From Puniceicoccales bacterium (GTDB taxonomy: Bacteria; Verrucomicrobiota; Verrucomicrobiia; Opitutales; LL51), in the NCBI GenBank assembly GCA_031270475.1, contig JAISXO010000023.1, forward strand, positions 1 through 51,556: a stretch of 51,556 nt of DNA, read 5' to 3'. The translations under genes were made by a program, and so were the position numbers. The notes beneath the pieces were generated by a model. The model searched no databases. It was not told where the DNA came from and saw nothing but the letters and a program-made list of their open reading frames with translations. Of the stretch, positions 44,238 to 51,556 are shown piece after piece (the stretch's first letter is position 1; the number at the start of each line of letters is the position of its first letter).

Positions 44238-46943
44238 TCATTGTATCGACGAAAGCTTCAACAATACCGCTTCTAATTCCTTTTTTTTAGCCATATTTTC
44301 GGCCAATAGATCCCTTGCTCCACCAACGATATTTTGGGGTGCGTGTGCTAAAAAATCTTCATTTTGTAACTTTTTTTGATTGATTTCGATGAGTCGGTCG
44401 AGTTCCTTTAGCTCATGACTGAGACGCTCCTTTTCCGCTTCAATATCGAGACTGTCCGCCGTATCTATGTGGATAGAACCTAATGTAACAATGGTTGTCG
44501 GTAACTGTAATGCCTCCACCGTTTCCTCAAAAAATTGCGTCAATAATAAGTATTTTATGTCCTGTCGATGACGTTCGATTACCTCATTCGCTGCCGAATC
44601 CGCCTTAAAATAAAATTTTACATCCCGACGAGATGCAAGGCCAAATTGCGCTTTTAATGCCCGTGCCGCAACTACTAGTTCCCGAATATGCTCGATTTCT
44701 TCGATCAATGTCGCTGCCTTCCCAAAATCGATCTGAGATAATTTTTGACGCAATTCATCGCTACTCTCCAAAGGTTCTTCATTTAAAAATTTTGTCCCAT
44801 AACCGTGATCCTGCCAAAGCTCTTCCGTAACAAATGGGATAAAGGGATGAAATAAAAGTAGCAGCTGGCGTAGGATAAGGTCGTGTACCGCCCAAATGGT
44901 TTCACCGGTACGCATTTTTGAAATTTCGATATACCAGTCGCAGTAGTTACTCCAAAAGAAAGTATGCAAAATTTGTAGGGCGCGACTGAATTCGTAATCT
45001 GCCATCGTACGTTCGAACGTATCCATTATTTCCAATAGCTTGCCCAAAATGGTGATATCGTCCGTTTCTAAGCTATCGCCGTCAATGCGTGTGACAATCG
45101 CTTCAATGGAACTGCGATCGCCTTCCATACTGCCCTGTTGGCGAAAACGAAAGGAATTCCATAGCTTCGTACAAAGTTTTTTCCCCTGGGCAACGCGGTC
45201 TTCCGAAAATAAAATATCCTGGCCATTAGGCGCCATTGATAGCAACCCCATACGCACGCCGTCCGCTCCGTATTGTTCGATGAGATCCAGGGGATCCGGC
45301 GAATTACCCAGACTCTTCGACATCTTTCGCCCTATGTGATCGCGAATAATACCCGTGAAATAAACGTTTTTAAACGGAATGCGTCGACGGATTTCGTCAT
45401 CGGATAGCCTTTTTTCTTCGTCGCCGAGCAAACTTAATCCCGACATAATCATCCGCGCCACCCAGAAAAAGATGATATCGGGTCCTGTAACGAGATCCTC
45501 CGTGGGATAGAAATAGTTGAAACCCATCTCCGCCATCGTTCCTTCATCGGGCCAACCTAGGGTCGCTGACGGCCAAATCGCCGAGGAAAACCATGTATCC
45601 AATACATCTTCGTCCTGCTCCCAATTTTCAGGATCTTCCGGCCCATCGACCGATACGTGCCAATTTTGCGGATCATTGCGATCCTTTCCTTTCCGGTACC
45701 ACACCGGAATGCGATGCCCCCACCAGAGTTGCCGACTGATACACCAATCCTTGATGTTATCGAGCCAATGAGTATAAGTTTTCTCCCAACGCTCCGGTCG
45801 AAAGTGGATAAATCCCTTTTGGACCGCCAATTTAGCTTCCTCCACACACGGATAGCGCAAAAACCATTGCTCCGAAAGCATGGGTTCCACGGGTACTCCA
45901 GCTCGCTCCGAAAATCCAACGTTGTTGACATAGCTCTCTTCCTTCAGCAGGAAACCGTTTTCTTTCAAATACTCCCCTACCCTTTTACGGGCTTCGAAAC
46001 GATCCATTTCGGCAAATTCCGGTCCTGCAAGGTGATTTAATTTTCCATTTTTATCGATTACACCGATGGCTGCTAATCCATGGCGTTGGCCGATCTCGAA
46101 GTCTACCATATCGTGGGCTGGTGTTATTTTTAGCACTCCCGTTCCGAAGTCTTTCAATATCGCTTCGTCGGCGATGATCGGGATGGATTCGCACAGAACA
46201 GGACGCCAGCAATGGAGTCCTATGAACTCTTGGTAGCGTTCATCGTTGGGATGTACGGCAACCGCTACGTCGCCCATAATTGTTTCTGGCCGCGTCGTAG
46301 CAACGGTAATAAACGTACCGGGTTTTTCGACGATTTCGTATTGGACGTAATAGAGAATTGAATTTTGCTGACGCATGATGACTTCTTCGTCACTGAGCGC
46401 AGTCATACTTACCGGACACCAATTCACAAGCCGCGAACCCTTGTAAATGTAGCCTCGCCGATACCATTCCACAAACATTGCAAGTACGGTGCGGTAGTAA
46501 TCGGGATCGAGAGTATATTTTAGAGCGGACCAGTCACAGGAGACACCTAGTTTTTTGAGTTGGTCGAGGATAATATTACCATGTTTTTCGCGCCACTTGC
46601 GAGCGAGATCGAGGAAGGCTTCGCGGCCGACGTCATGCCGCGTCTTATTCTCTTTGGCGAGTTCTTTTTCGATTTTAATTTGGAGAGAAATTCCGGCGTG
46701 ATCGATACCGGGAACCCAGAATACGGATTGATTTTTTTGTCTTGCGCGACGGATTAGGACGTCCTGGATCGTATTATTGAGGATATGGCCCATGTGGAGA
46801 ATTCCCGTCACATTAGGCGGTGGCATATGGACGGTATAGGCAATTTTATCCGGGGCAATCTTCCGCTTAAAGAGGTCATTCTCGAGCCATTTTGCATACC
46901 ATTTCCGTTCCAAATCACCGGGAGAATAAGAGACTTCGATCAT
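44238..46943 (-). CDS. valS: Valine--tRNA ligase
   Basis: PPPNVTGILHMGH (HIGH), KMSKSLGN (KMSKS), the CP1 editing region, and a C-terminal coiled coil (ERLSHELKELDRLIEINQKKLQNEDFLAHAP). Confidence 0.95.
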   Translation of the reverse strand: MIEVSYSPGDLERKWYAKWLENDLFKRKIAPDKIAYTVHMPPPNVTGILHMGHILNNTIQDVLIRRARQKNQSVFWVPGIDHAGISLQIKIEKELAKENKTRHDVGREAFLDLARKWREKHGNIILDQLKKLGVSCDWSALKYTLDPDYYRTVLAMFVEWYRRGYIYKGSRLVNWCPVSMTALSDEEVIMRQQNSILYYVQYEIVEKPGTFITVATTRPETIMGDVAVAVHPNDERYQEFIGLHCWRPVLCESIPIIADEAILKDFGTGVLKITPAHDMVDFEIGQRHGLAAIGVIDKNGKLNHLAGPEFAEMDRFEARKRVGEYLKENGFLLKEESYVNNVGFSERAGVPVEPMLSEQWFLRYPCVEEAKLAVQKGFIHFRPERWEKTYTHWLDNIKDWCISRQLWWGHRIPVWYRKGKDRNDPQNWHVSVDGPEDPENWEQDEDVLDTWFSSAIWPSATLGWPDEGTMAEMGFNYFYPTEDLVTGPDIIFFWVARMIMSGLSLLGDEEKRLSDDEIRRRIPFKNVYFTGIIRDHIGRKMSKSLGNSPDPLDLIEQYGADGVRMGLLSMAPNGQDILFSEDRVAQGKKLCTKLWNSFRFRQQGSMEGDRSSIEAIVTRIDGDSLETDDITILGKLLEIMDTFERTMADYEFSRALQILHTFFWSNYCDWYIEISKMRTGETIWAVHDLILRQLLLLFHPFIPFVTEELWQDHGYGTKFLNEEPLESSDELRQKLSQIDFGKAATLIEEIEHIRELVVAARALKAQFGLASRRDVKFYFKADSAANEVIERHRQDIKYLLLTQFFEETVEALQLPTTIVTLGSIHIDTADSLDIEAEKERLSHELKELDRLIEINQKKLQNEDFLAHAPQNIVGGARDLLAENMAKKKELEAVLLKLSSIQ

Positions 46944-47072
46944 ATTAAAAAAGCTTGATATTTAAAAAATTGGAAATTAAAAGTCTAAAAAGAGACATTC
47001 ATTGTGGAAATTAAATTATTTTTAAAAAAAATGCTTGACGTAATAAAATATTTAAAAAATATAAGAGCTGAT

Positions 47073-47603
47073 ATGAAAAATATAAAATTATCGTCAATAT
47101 TTGTTTTGTTAATTAGCTCCTATGGTGCGCATGCGAGTTCCATTTGGTTAGAAAATTCTTCTAAAAAATTGTCTTCAAAGGATATAGAGCGCGTATCTTA
47201 CGCCATGTCTCTGAAGCGTCCGCCGTGCCCAATCAATGGGGAACCTGAGCCGGATTGCAGTGGTATATGTTTCGGTAAAAAAATTTTTTGCATTCACGAT
47301 ACATCATTAAAACGTACAGTTGTAAGAGCATTAACGGAACAAGATAAGAATCTCGACCTAGATGTTCTTGAAAATTTAACGATTACTATCGAAAATTTTA
47401 ACGATTTAAAAGCTACGCTGGAAAAAAATGGAATAGTTGGCGATTATTCATTAAAGTTTGGAAAAGAAGGTCCGGTTCTAAATGGAGTTAACTCTTCCGT
47501 TCTTGTTATTTTAGTACAAGAACTAGGCAAGTTTTTCGGTTTATCGATTGAAGAGATTTTAGAAAAAATCAATTCACTCCAAGAATCGGCTTCCACCGAA
47601 TAG
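47073..47603 (+). CDS. Hypothetical secreted protein
   Basis: The Met at 47073 gives the signal peptide MKNIKLSSIFVLLISSYGAHASS. A TTGACG (47035-47040), 19-nt spacer, TATAAG promoter-like pair lies inside the longer track ORF (GTG 47004), favouring the shorter start. Confidence 0.5.
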   Translation: MKNIKLSSIFVLLISSYGAHASSIWLENSSKKLSSKDIERVSYAMSLKRPPCPINGEPEPDCSGICFGKKIFCIHDTSLKRTVVRALTEQDKNLDLDVLENLTITIENFNDLKATLEKNGIVGDYSLKFGKEGPVLNGVNSSVLVILVQELGKFFGLSIEEILEKINSLQESASTE

Positions 47604-47660
47604 AGAGAGCAAGCAGCCATTTTCTAAAAAGATTTAAAAATAGGTCGAGATTATTTTGAG

Positions 47661-47687
47661 TTGACAGTGTGTATAATGATTTAGAAT
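47661..47687 (+). promoter_or_regulatory. Putative promoter of the SRP RNA gene (TTGACA, 15-nt spacer, TAGAAT)
   Basis: The -10 ends 7 nt before the predicted mature 5' G at 47695. The spacer is short, so this is tentative. Confidence 0.35.
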
Positions 47688-47694
47688 GATCTCT

Positions 47695-47792
47695 GGACTA
47701 GGTACTATGCGACTTAGAGCCGGCTAACTCCGCCAGGTCCGGAAGGAAGCAACGGTCGTCAGGCATCGGGTGCGCCGTAGATCGCCTAGTCT
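47695..47792 (+). ncRNA. ffs: Signal recognition particle RNA (small 4.5S type)
   Basis: Contains the invariant domain IV motif CCAGGTCCGGAAGGAAGCAACGG. The 5' GGACTAGG pairs with the 3' CCTAGTC, which closes the helix. It is followed by TTTTATTTT. Confidence 0.85.
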
Positions 47793-47934
47793 TTTATTTT
47801 ATCTAGCGTTAAAGCAACGCATATTTTCCCCTCCAAAATGGGGATTTCTTAAAAATTAAATTTTTTCTTTTTTCCATTTTCAAGGACTTTATTTTGGCAA
47901 GCGACGATGAGGTGAAAATTTTATTAAAATTTAT

Positions 47935-47962
47935 TTGATGTTTTTTGCAATTTTACTATAAC
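47935..47962 (+). promoter_or_regulatory. Putative promoter of the giant ORF (TTGATG, 16-nt spacer, TATAAC)
   Basis: The hexamer pair lies 17 nt upstream of the ATG at 47980. A GGGGA motif sits 9 nt upstream of the ATG. Confidence 0.3.
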
Positions 47963-47979
47963 CTAATGGGGATGGTTTT

Positions 47980-50900
47980 ATGGGCGCTATAGGCAAGGAT
48001 GATTATTTTAGAGGGCTCCAAAGCTTTGCTACAGATTTAAACATCAAAGGAGCAAAGGAGGAAACAAGCGTTGAAGGCTTGATGAAGCTCATCGGAAAAG
48101 CTGAGATATGGATCGCTGATGGCAAAATCCAGGTAAAAATGGGTACAGGATCTGAAGTTACGACAAGTCCACTTCAAGATAAATCCGCCTCAGAACTGAA
48201 TAACATAATAAAAAACGCATGCGGGAATAATGCGGACATTGAACAACTTCTTAACGGAAGTGATGAAGATCGTGCCCGTGTTTTCACGGCATTCATGAAA
48301 TATGGTCCCGATAACCTTCAGAAGGCCTTAGTGGGGGATGATTCAGCTCGGGAAGGACTTATTAAACATTTAAAAGGAGAACCAAAAACCGATTCAACCC
48401 TATCAATGGATAGCTCATTAACTGTCGCTCCGCCAACAACAAAACTGGAATCCGCTTCTAACGATACCACGACAACGAGAATGAATGAGCTATCAGGAAG
48501 CATGCAAGCACTTACCAAAAAAAATAGTGAGCAAACTCGAAAATTTGCTAATTGTTTAGAGGATGTGCCTCCAGGAGTCGATAGGAAGACATATAAGCCC
48601 CCCGCATTTCAGGAGGTACGGGACGAACTGGCTGACAATTATTCATTTCAAACCAATAGGAACGACGCTCAGCTTACAAAAAGGCGATGGATAGGCTCCG
48701 AAGACTGTGAAATTGATCTATTACAAAAAAGTGACACACAGATCGAAACAGACATTGCAAAATTAAATCAAGAAGTAGCAAAATTAGAAAGCGAAATAGG
48801 CCCCTTAGAAAATGAACGCAAAGAATTAATCGCCAAGGGAAAAGCTCCCACAGTAGCATTGGCCAGATTATGTAAAGAAGAGAGAAAAATAGAAGAAGAA
48901 TTACAAGGCGTAAATAATGAGATAGAACAAATCAAAAAAAACATTTCTGATATTGATGAGAGAATTGGAGGAATGGGGACAGGTTTTTTTAAAACATACA
49001 CCCCAAAAGAAGAAGAAGAGAAAAAAAAGCTCGAGCAAACGAAAAAAACTCTAGAAGCAGATATAAAACAACTTGAGCAAAAGCAACGAACCTTGCAAGA
49101 AGAACTAAAGCAAAAGAAAGAAGCTTCTAAATCGAAGGAAGAGGAATGTAATTCTCTTTCAAAATCAGCGATATCTAAACATGATACCTTAGAGGCCAAA
49201 AAAAAGAACATAGCGACTAAAAAAGGAGAAATAACTACTAAACAGCACCAGCTAGATAAAAATTGGCAGGAATTAGATGCAAGATTTCACAAACTCTGCG
49301 ATCCCAAAAAAGATGAACTAATAAGCTTGCGACAGCAAATAAGAACGGAACAAAGTCCAGAGAAAAGAGCAGAGTTAGAAAAGAAAGCGAAAACATTAAA
49401 TAACGAAATATGCAACTTGCTAGAAAAAACTCCCATTTCCGAAAGGACTAAAAATCAGTATTTGTCCATGATGAGTGAACATCTTGATTTTAAATTTCGC
49501 CAGATGGGAGCAATGATAGGGGAAGCGTCAAGCTTTATCGAGGCCGGAGAAACTAAAAACAGACTCTGCAATGCCCTATCAGAACTCCAAAACGTCGCAA
49601 GGGAAATGACAGAAGAGATGTCAAATGCTAATCCAAGTAACCGGTTTGAGCTCGAAGAGCTAACGGGAAAATTTGCAACAAAACTATGTGAGCTTGATAA
49701 TAGCGTTCGTGATACATGTGGGGAATGCTTTAATGGATATGTGGAAAAAGGAAAGGCTGTAATAAACGGAGAGCTCGATAAAATGCAATCTAGTCTGGAT
49801 TCCTTATCGTCAGGAACTTCAGAATATACAGCGCTGGAAAAAAAACGTGATGAAATGATCCAAATAAAAAATTTGATGGATTCTGTTGCTGGTGAAATAA
49901 CATCCTACTACGACGAAAAGATAGGCCGTGGAAACAAGAGTATAAACCAAAAATCATTGGGTACGCATGTCCATGATTTAAAAACATTTAAAAATTTTAT
50001 AGAAAATCTCGAACGATATCAGCAAGCAGTCACTCGAGGAGAAGATACAACTTCAGTAAGGGCAAATCTCATACTAGATGCAAATTCGCTAGTTGAAAGA
50101 CATGAAAAAAGTGAAGAACAATCACCGACCGATTCTGCAGCGGAACCAACAAATGCAAAAAGTCCAGTGTTAGCTAATTTAACTAATCGGATCGCGACCC
50201 TGATGCAAAACACAAAAGTAGCAGCAGAAGTAGAAGCAGCCAAACAACGTAAGGCAGCCGAAACAGCCGAGTCAGTCGAAGAGGGCGTATCAGACCTGGG
50301 AGGCGGGGTACCAGCCGAAACGCTGACAACCAAGCCAGACGAAACGTCGTCTGAATCGAACGTATTAGACCTGGTAGGCTCGGTATCCACGCCAGCCAAG
50401 GAAGGTGAGAAAGCCGGGGAGGCGCAGGCCGAGTCAGAAGGATCAGACCTGGCAGACGTGGCAAGCTTGGTACCCGAAGATACGCCAACTGTATCAGTCG
50501 AGAAAGGTGAGGCAACCGAAACGCCGACACCGGAAACAGCTGAAGAGTTGCCACCGGCTACAGAAGTCAAGGAGGCGCAGGTCGAGGCAGAAGGATTAGG
50601 TCTGGGAGGCGAGGTGCCAGCCGAAATGTTGTCGAGAAGCGTGACAGACTCGGTATCCACAGCTATACTAACCGAGGAAACCGAGAAGCCGTCAGCTGCA
50701 GTAGTAAACGAGCCGCCTAAGTCGCTCGAATCAGGCGATATAGAAGAGGAAAAGGTAGATAAGCCAACTGTACCAGACGAGCCAGTCGAGCCGCCGGCAA
50801 CCGAGGCAGCCGAGATATACGAGATAGATGGGAGGGAATCGGAAAAAGAGGTAAAGCAAGAGGAAGAGATACTAGAGGTAGAAGTGCCAGTTGAGCCAGA

Positions 50901-51556
50901 AGTATTAGACCTGGAAGACGAGGCAGGCTTGGAAGTTGTGGAGTCGCCAGTTATACCAGCTGATACAGTCACGCCGCCTGTTTTTATAACATTGGAGCCA
51001 GTTTCAGTGCCAGCCGCGGAACAACCTGAGGTAAAGTTACCCGAACCAACAATTCTTCCATTGAAAGTCGCAGTGTCGCCACTGCTAACCGCGGGAACTA
51101 TTCCGACGCTTTCTCTAGAATCTCAAACGGAGCAGCTAGTCGCAAACACAACGATCATCAAACCGGATCCCATGAAGAGTATCGATCTGAAGCCAACCGA
51201 GTTATTACCAATATTAAGTGAAGATCTCAATGCAATGATAACGAGTTTAGGAGAAACATTGCTCGGGACACCACCCGGGACATCTCGCCTAACACAAACG
51301 GAAGCTGAGTGGAAATCCAATGTCCGGGAAATGACGGAAAATCTTAATAGTATCATTGAATCACTAGAAAATATCAATTTGGGTATCAATTTGGTCGAGC
51401 CAGGACGTGTAACAGTCACACCGACATTTGTAAAATCAGATACACCTCGGATAGATGTGAAGTTCGGTGAGGTATCAGGTCCAGGAAAAAAAGTCGAGTC
51501 AGGTGAGACGGAAGGCGTATCAGGCTTGGAAGCCGAGGAGACGACGCCAGCCGTAG
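47980..51556 (+). CDS. Very large hypothetical protein (more than 1192 aa, partial): N-terminal globular region, long coiled coil, acidic P/E/T/V-rich degenerate repeats; no signal peptide
   Basis: I translated every codon from the ATG at 47980 (an in-frame TAA lies at 47959-47961) to the window end and found no stop. It is absent from the ORF track because it has no stop. The sequence runs MGAIGKDDYFRGLQSFATDL... then K/E/L/Q heptad-like stretches from ~48700 to ~50100, then EGVSDLGGGVPAETL / EGSDLADVASLVPEDT / EGLGLGGEVPAEML / EGVSGLEAEETTPAV repeats. Confidence 0.8.
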   Translation, partial: MGAIGKDDYFRGLQSFATDLNIKGAKEETSVEGLMKLIGKAEIWIADGKIQVKMGTGSEVTTSPLQDKSASELNNIIKNACGNNADIEQLLNGSDEDRARVFTAFMKYGPDNLQKALVGDDSAREGLIKHLKGEPKTDSTLSMDSSLTVAPPTTKLESASNDTTTTRMNELSGSMQALTKKNSEQTRKFANCLEDVPPGVDRKTYKPPAFQEVRDELADNYSFQTNRNDAQLTKRRWIGSEDCEIDLLQKSDTQIETDIAKLNQEVAKLESEIGPLENERKELIAKGKAPTVALARLCKEERKIEEELQGVNNEIEQIKKNISDIDERIGGMGTGFFKTYTPKEEEEKKKLEQTKKTLEADIKQLEQKQRTLQEELKQKKEASKSKEEECNSLSKSAISKHDTLEAKKKNIATKKGEITTKQHQLDKNWQELDARFHKLCDPKKDELISLRQQIRTEQSPEKRAELEKKAKTLNNEICNLLEKTPISERTKNQYLSMMSEHLDFKFRQMGAMIGEASSFIEAGETKNRLCNALSELQNVAREMTEEMSNANPSNRFELEELTGKFATKLCELDNSVRDTCGECFNGYVEKGKAVINGELDKMQSSLDSLSSGTSEYTALEKKRDEMIQIKNLMDSVAGEITSYYDEKIGRGNKSINQKSLGTHVHDLKTFKNFIENLERYQQAVTRGEDTTSVRANLILDANSLVERHEKSEEQSPTDSAAEPTNAKSPVLANLTNRIATLMQNTKVAAEVEAAKQRKAAETAESVEEGVSDLGGGVPAETLTTKPDETSSESNVLDLVGSVSTPAKEGEKAGEAQAESEGSDLADVASLVPEDTPTVSVEKGEATETPTPETAEELPPATEVKEAQVEAEGLGLGGEVPAEMLSRSVTDSVSTAILTEETEKPSAAVVNEPPKSLESGDIEEEKVDKPTVPDEPVEPPATEAAEIYEIDGRESEKEVKQEEEILEVEVPVEPEVLDLEDEAGLEVVESPVIPADTVTPPVFITLEPVSVPAAEQPEVKLPEPTILPLKVAVSPLLTAGTIPTLSLESQTEQLVANTTIIKPDPMKSIDLKPTELLPILSEDLNAMITSLGETLLGTPPGTSRLTQTEAEWKSNVREMTENLNSIIESLENINLGINLVEPGRVTVTPTFVKSDTPRIDVKFGEVSGPGKKVESGETEGVSGLEAEETTPAV

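Noticed and set aside
50019-50972. 317-aa Ser/Thr-rich minus-strand ORF (also 48768-49211, 50183-50554 and 51123-51419)
   Set aside because: These lie antisense to the uninterrupted 1192-codon plus-strand frame. Their low-complexity composition is the mirror image of the Glu/Pro/Thr-rich sense repeats.
1-51556. Whether the GC-rich repeats could be a CRISPR array
   Set aside because: The copies are kilobases apart, differ in length and module content, and lack regular repeat-spacer periodicity. No cas genes are present.
1-51556. tRNA, rRNA, tmRNA, RNase P RNA, transposase, integrase or phage genes
   Set aside because: I scanned the non-coding gaps for T-loop (GGTTCGAAT-like) and other signatures and found none. 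The only such strings are inside malQ and pheS coding sequence. No transposase- or integrase-like ORFs were seen. A proper tRNAscan or Infernal run is still advisable.

Overview
This is an AT-rich bacterial chromosome segment (roughly 35-40% GC by eye). It is densely coding and consists mostly of housekeeping genes in scrambled order.

Gene content, in order: dnaE 5' part, a CaCA antiporter, a pseudopilin-like cluster, an RluA-like synthase, ispF, priA, a fused murC-murB, malQ, a PpiD-like chaperone, a lipoprotein, a CesT/Slc1-like type III secretion chaperone with an adjacent small basic protein, pheS, a Bat-type VWA/TPR operon, rsmE, sfsA, a UvrD-like helicase, ftsL-rsmH-mraZ, rpsA, comEC, ppdK, a NIF3-family gene, an ABC-F ATPase, murG, proS, valS and a 4.5S/SRP RNA. 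The window ends in an ORF of more than 1190 codons (coiled-coil plus acidic repeats) that runs off the 3' edge and is therefore missing from the ORF track.

The gene content (prepilin-type N-termini, MurC-MurB fusion, Bat operon, T3SS-type chaperone) suggests a PVC-superphylum bacterium, Verrucomicrobiota- or Chlamydiota-like and possibly host-associated. That is inference only.

I saw no tRNA, rRNA, CRISPR array, transposase or integrase.

Main findings:
- A family of sharply GC-rich, multi-hairpin mosaic repeats, at least 8 copies. One copy lies in frame inside dnaE, one supplies the C-terminus and stop codon of rsmE, and several carry terminator-like hairpins. Two direct copies bracket sfsA plus the helicase at a break in the dcw cluster.
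- A T3SS chaperone / candidate effector pair, plus the giant signal-less ORF.
- A 1-nt homopolymer frameshift inside a 105-bp tandem repeat that displaces the conserved C-terminus of a fused BatB-BatC protein.
- A repeated TTGACA-headed module of about 70 nt (4 copies).
- A textbook-like MraZ operator that argues against the track start for mraZ.
- Several promoters that abut start codons, implying leaderless or near-leaderless mRNAs.

All homology calls are motif recognition by eye. No searches were run.
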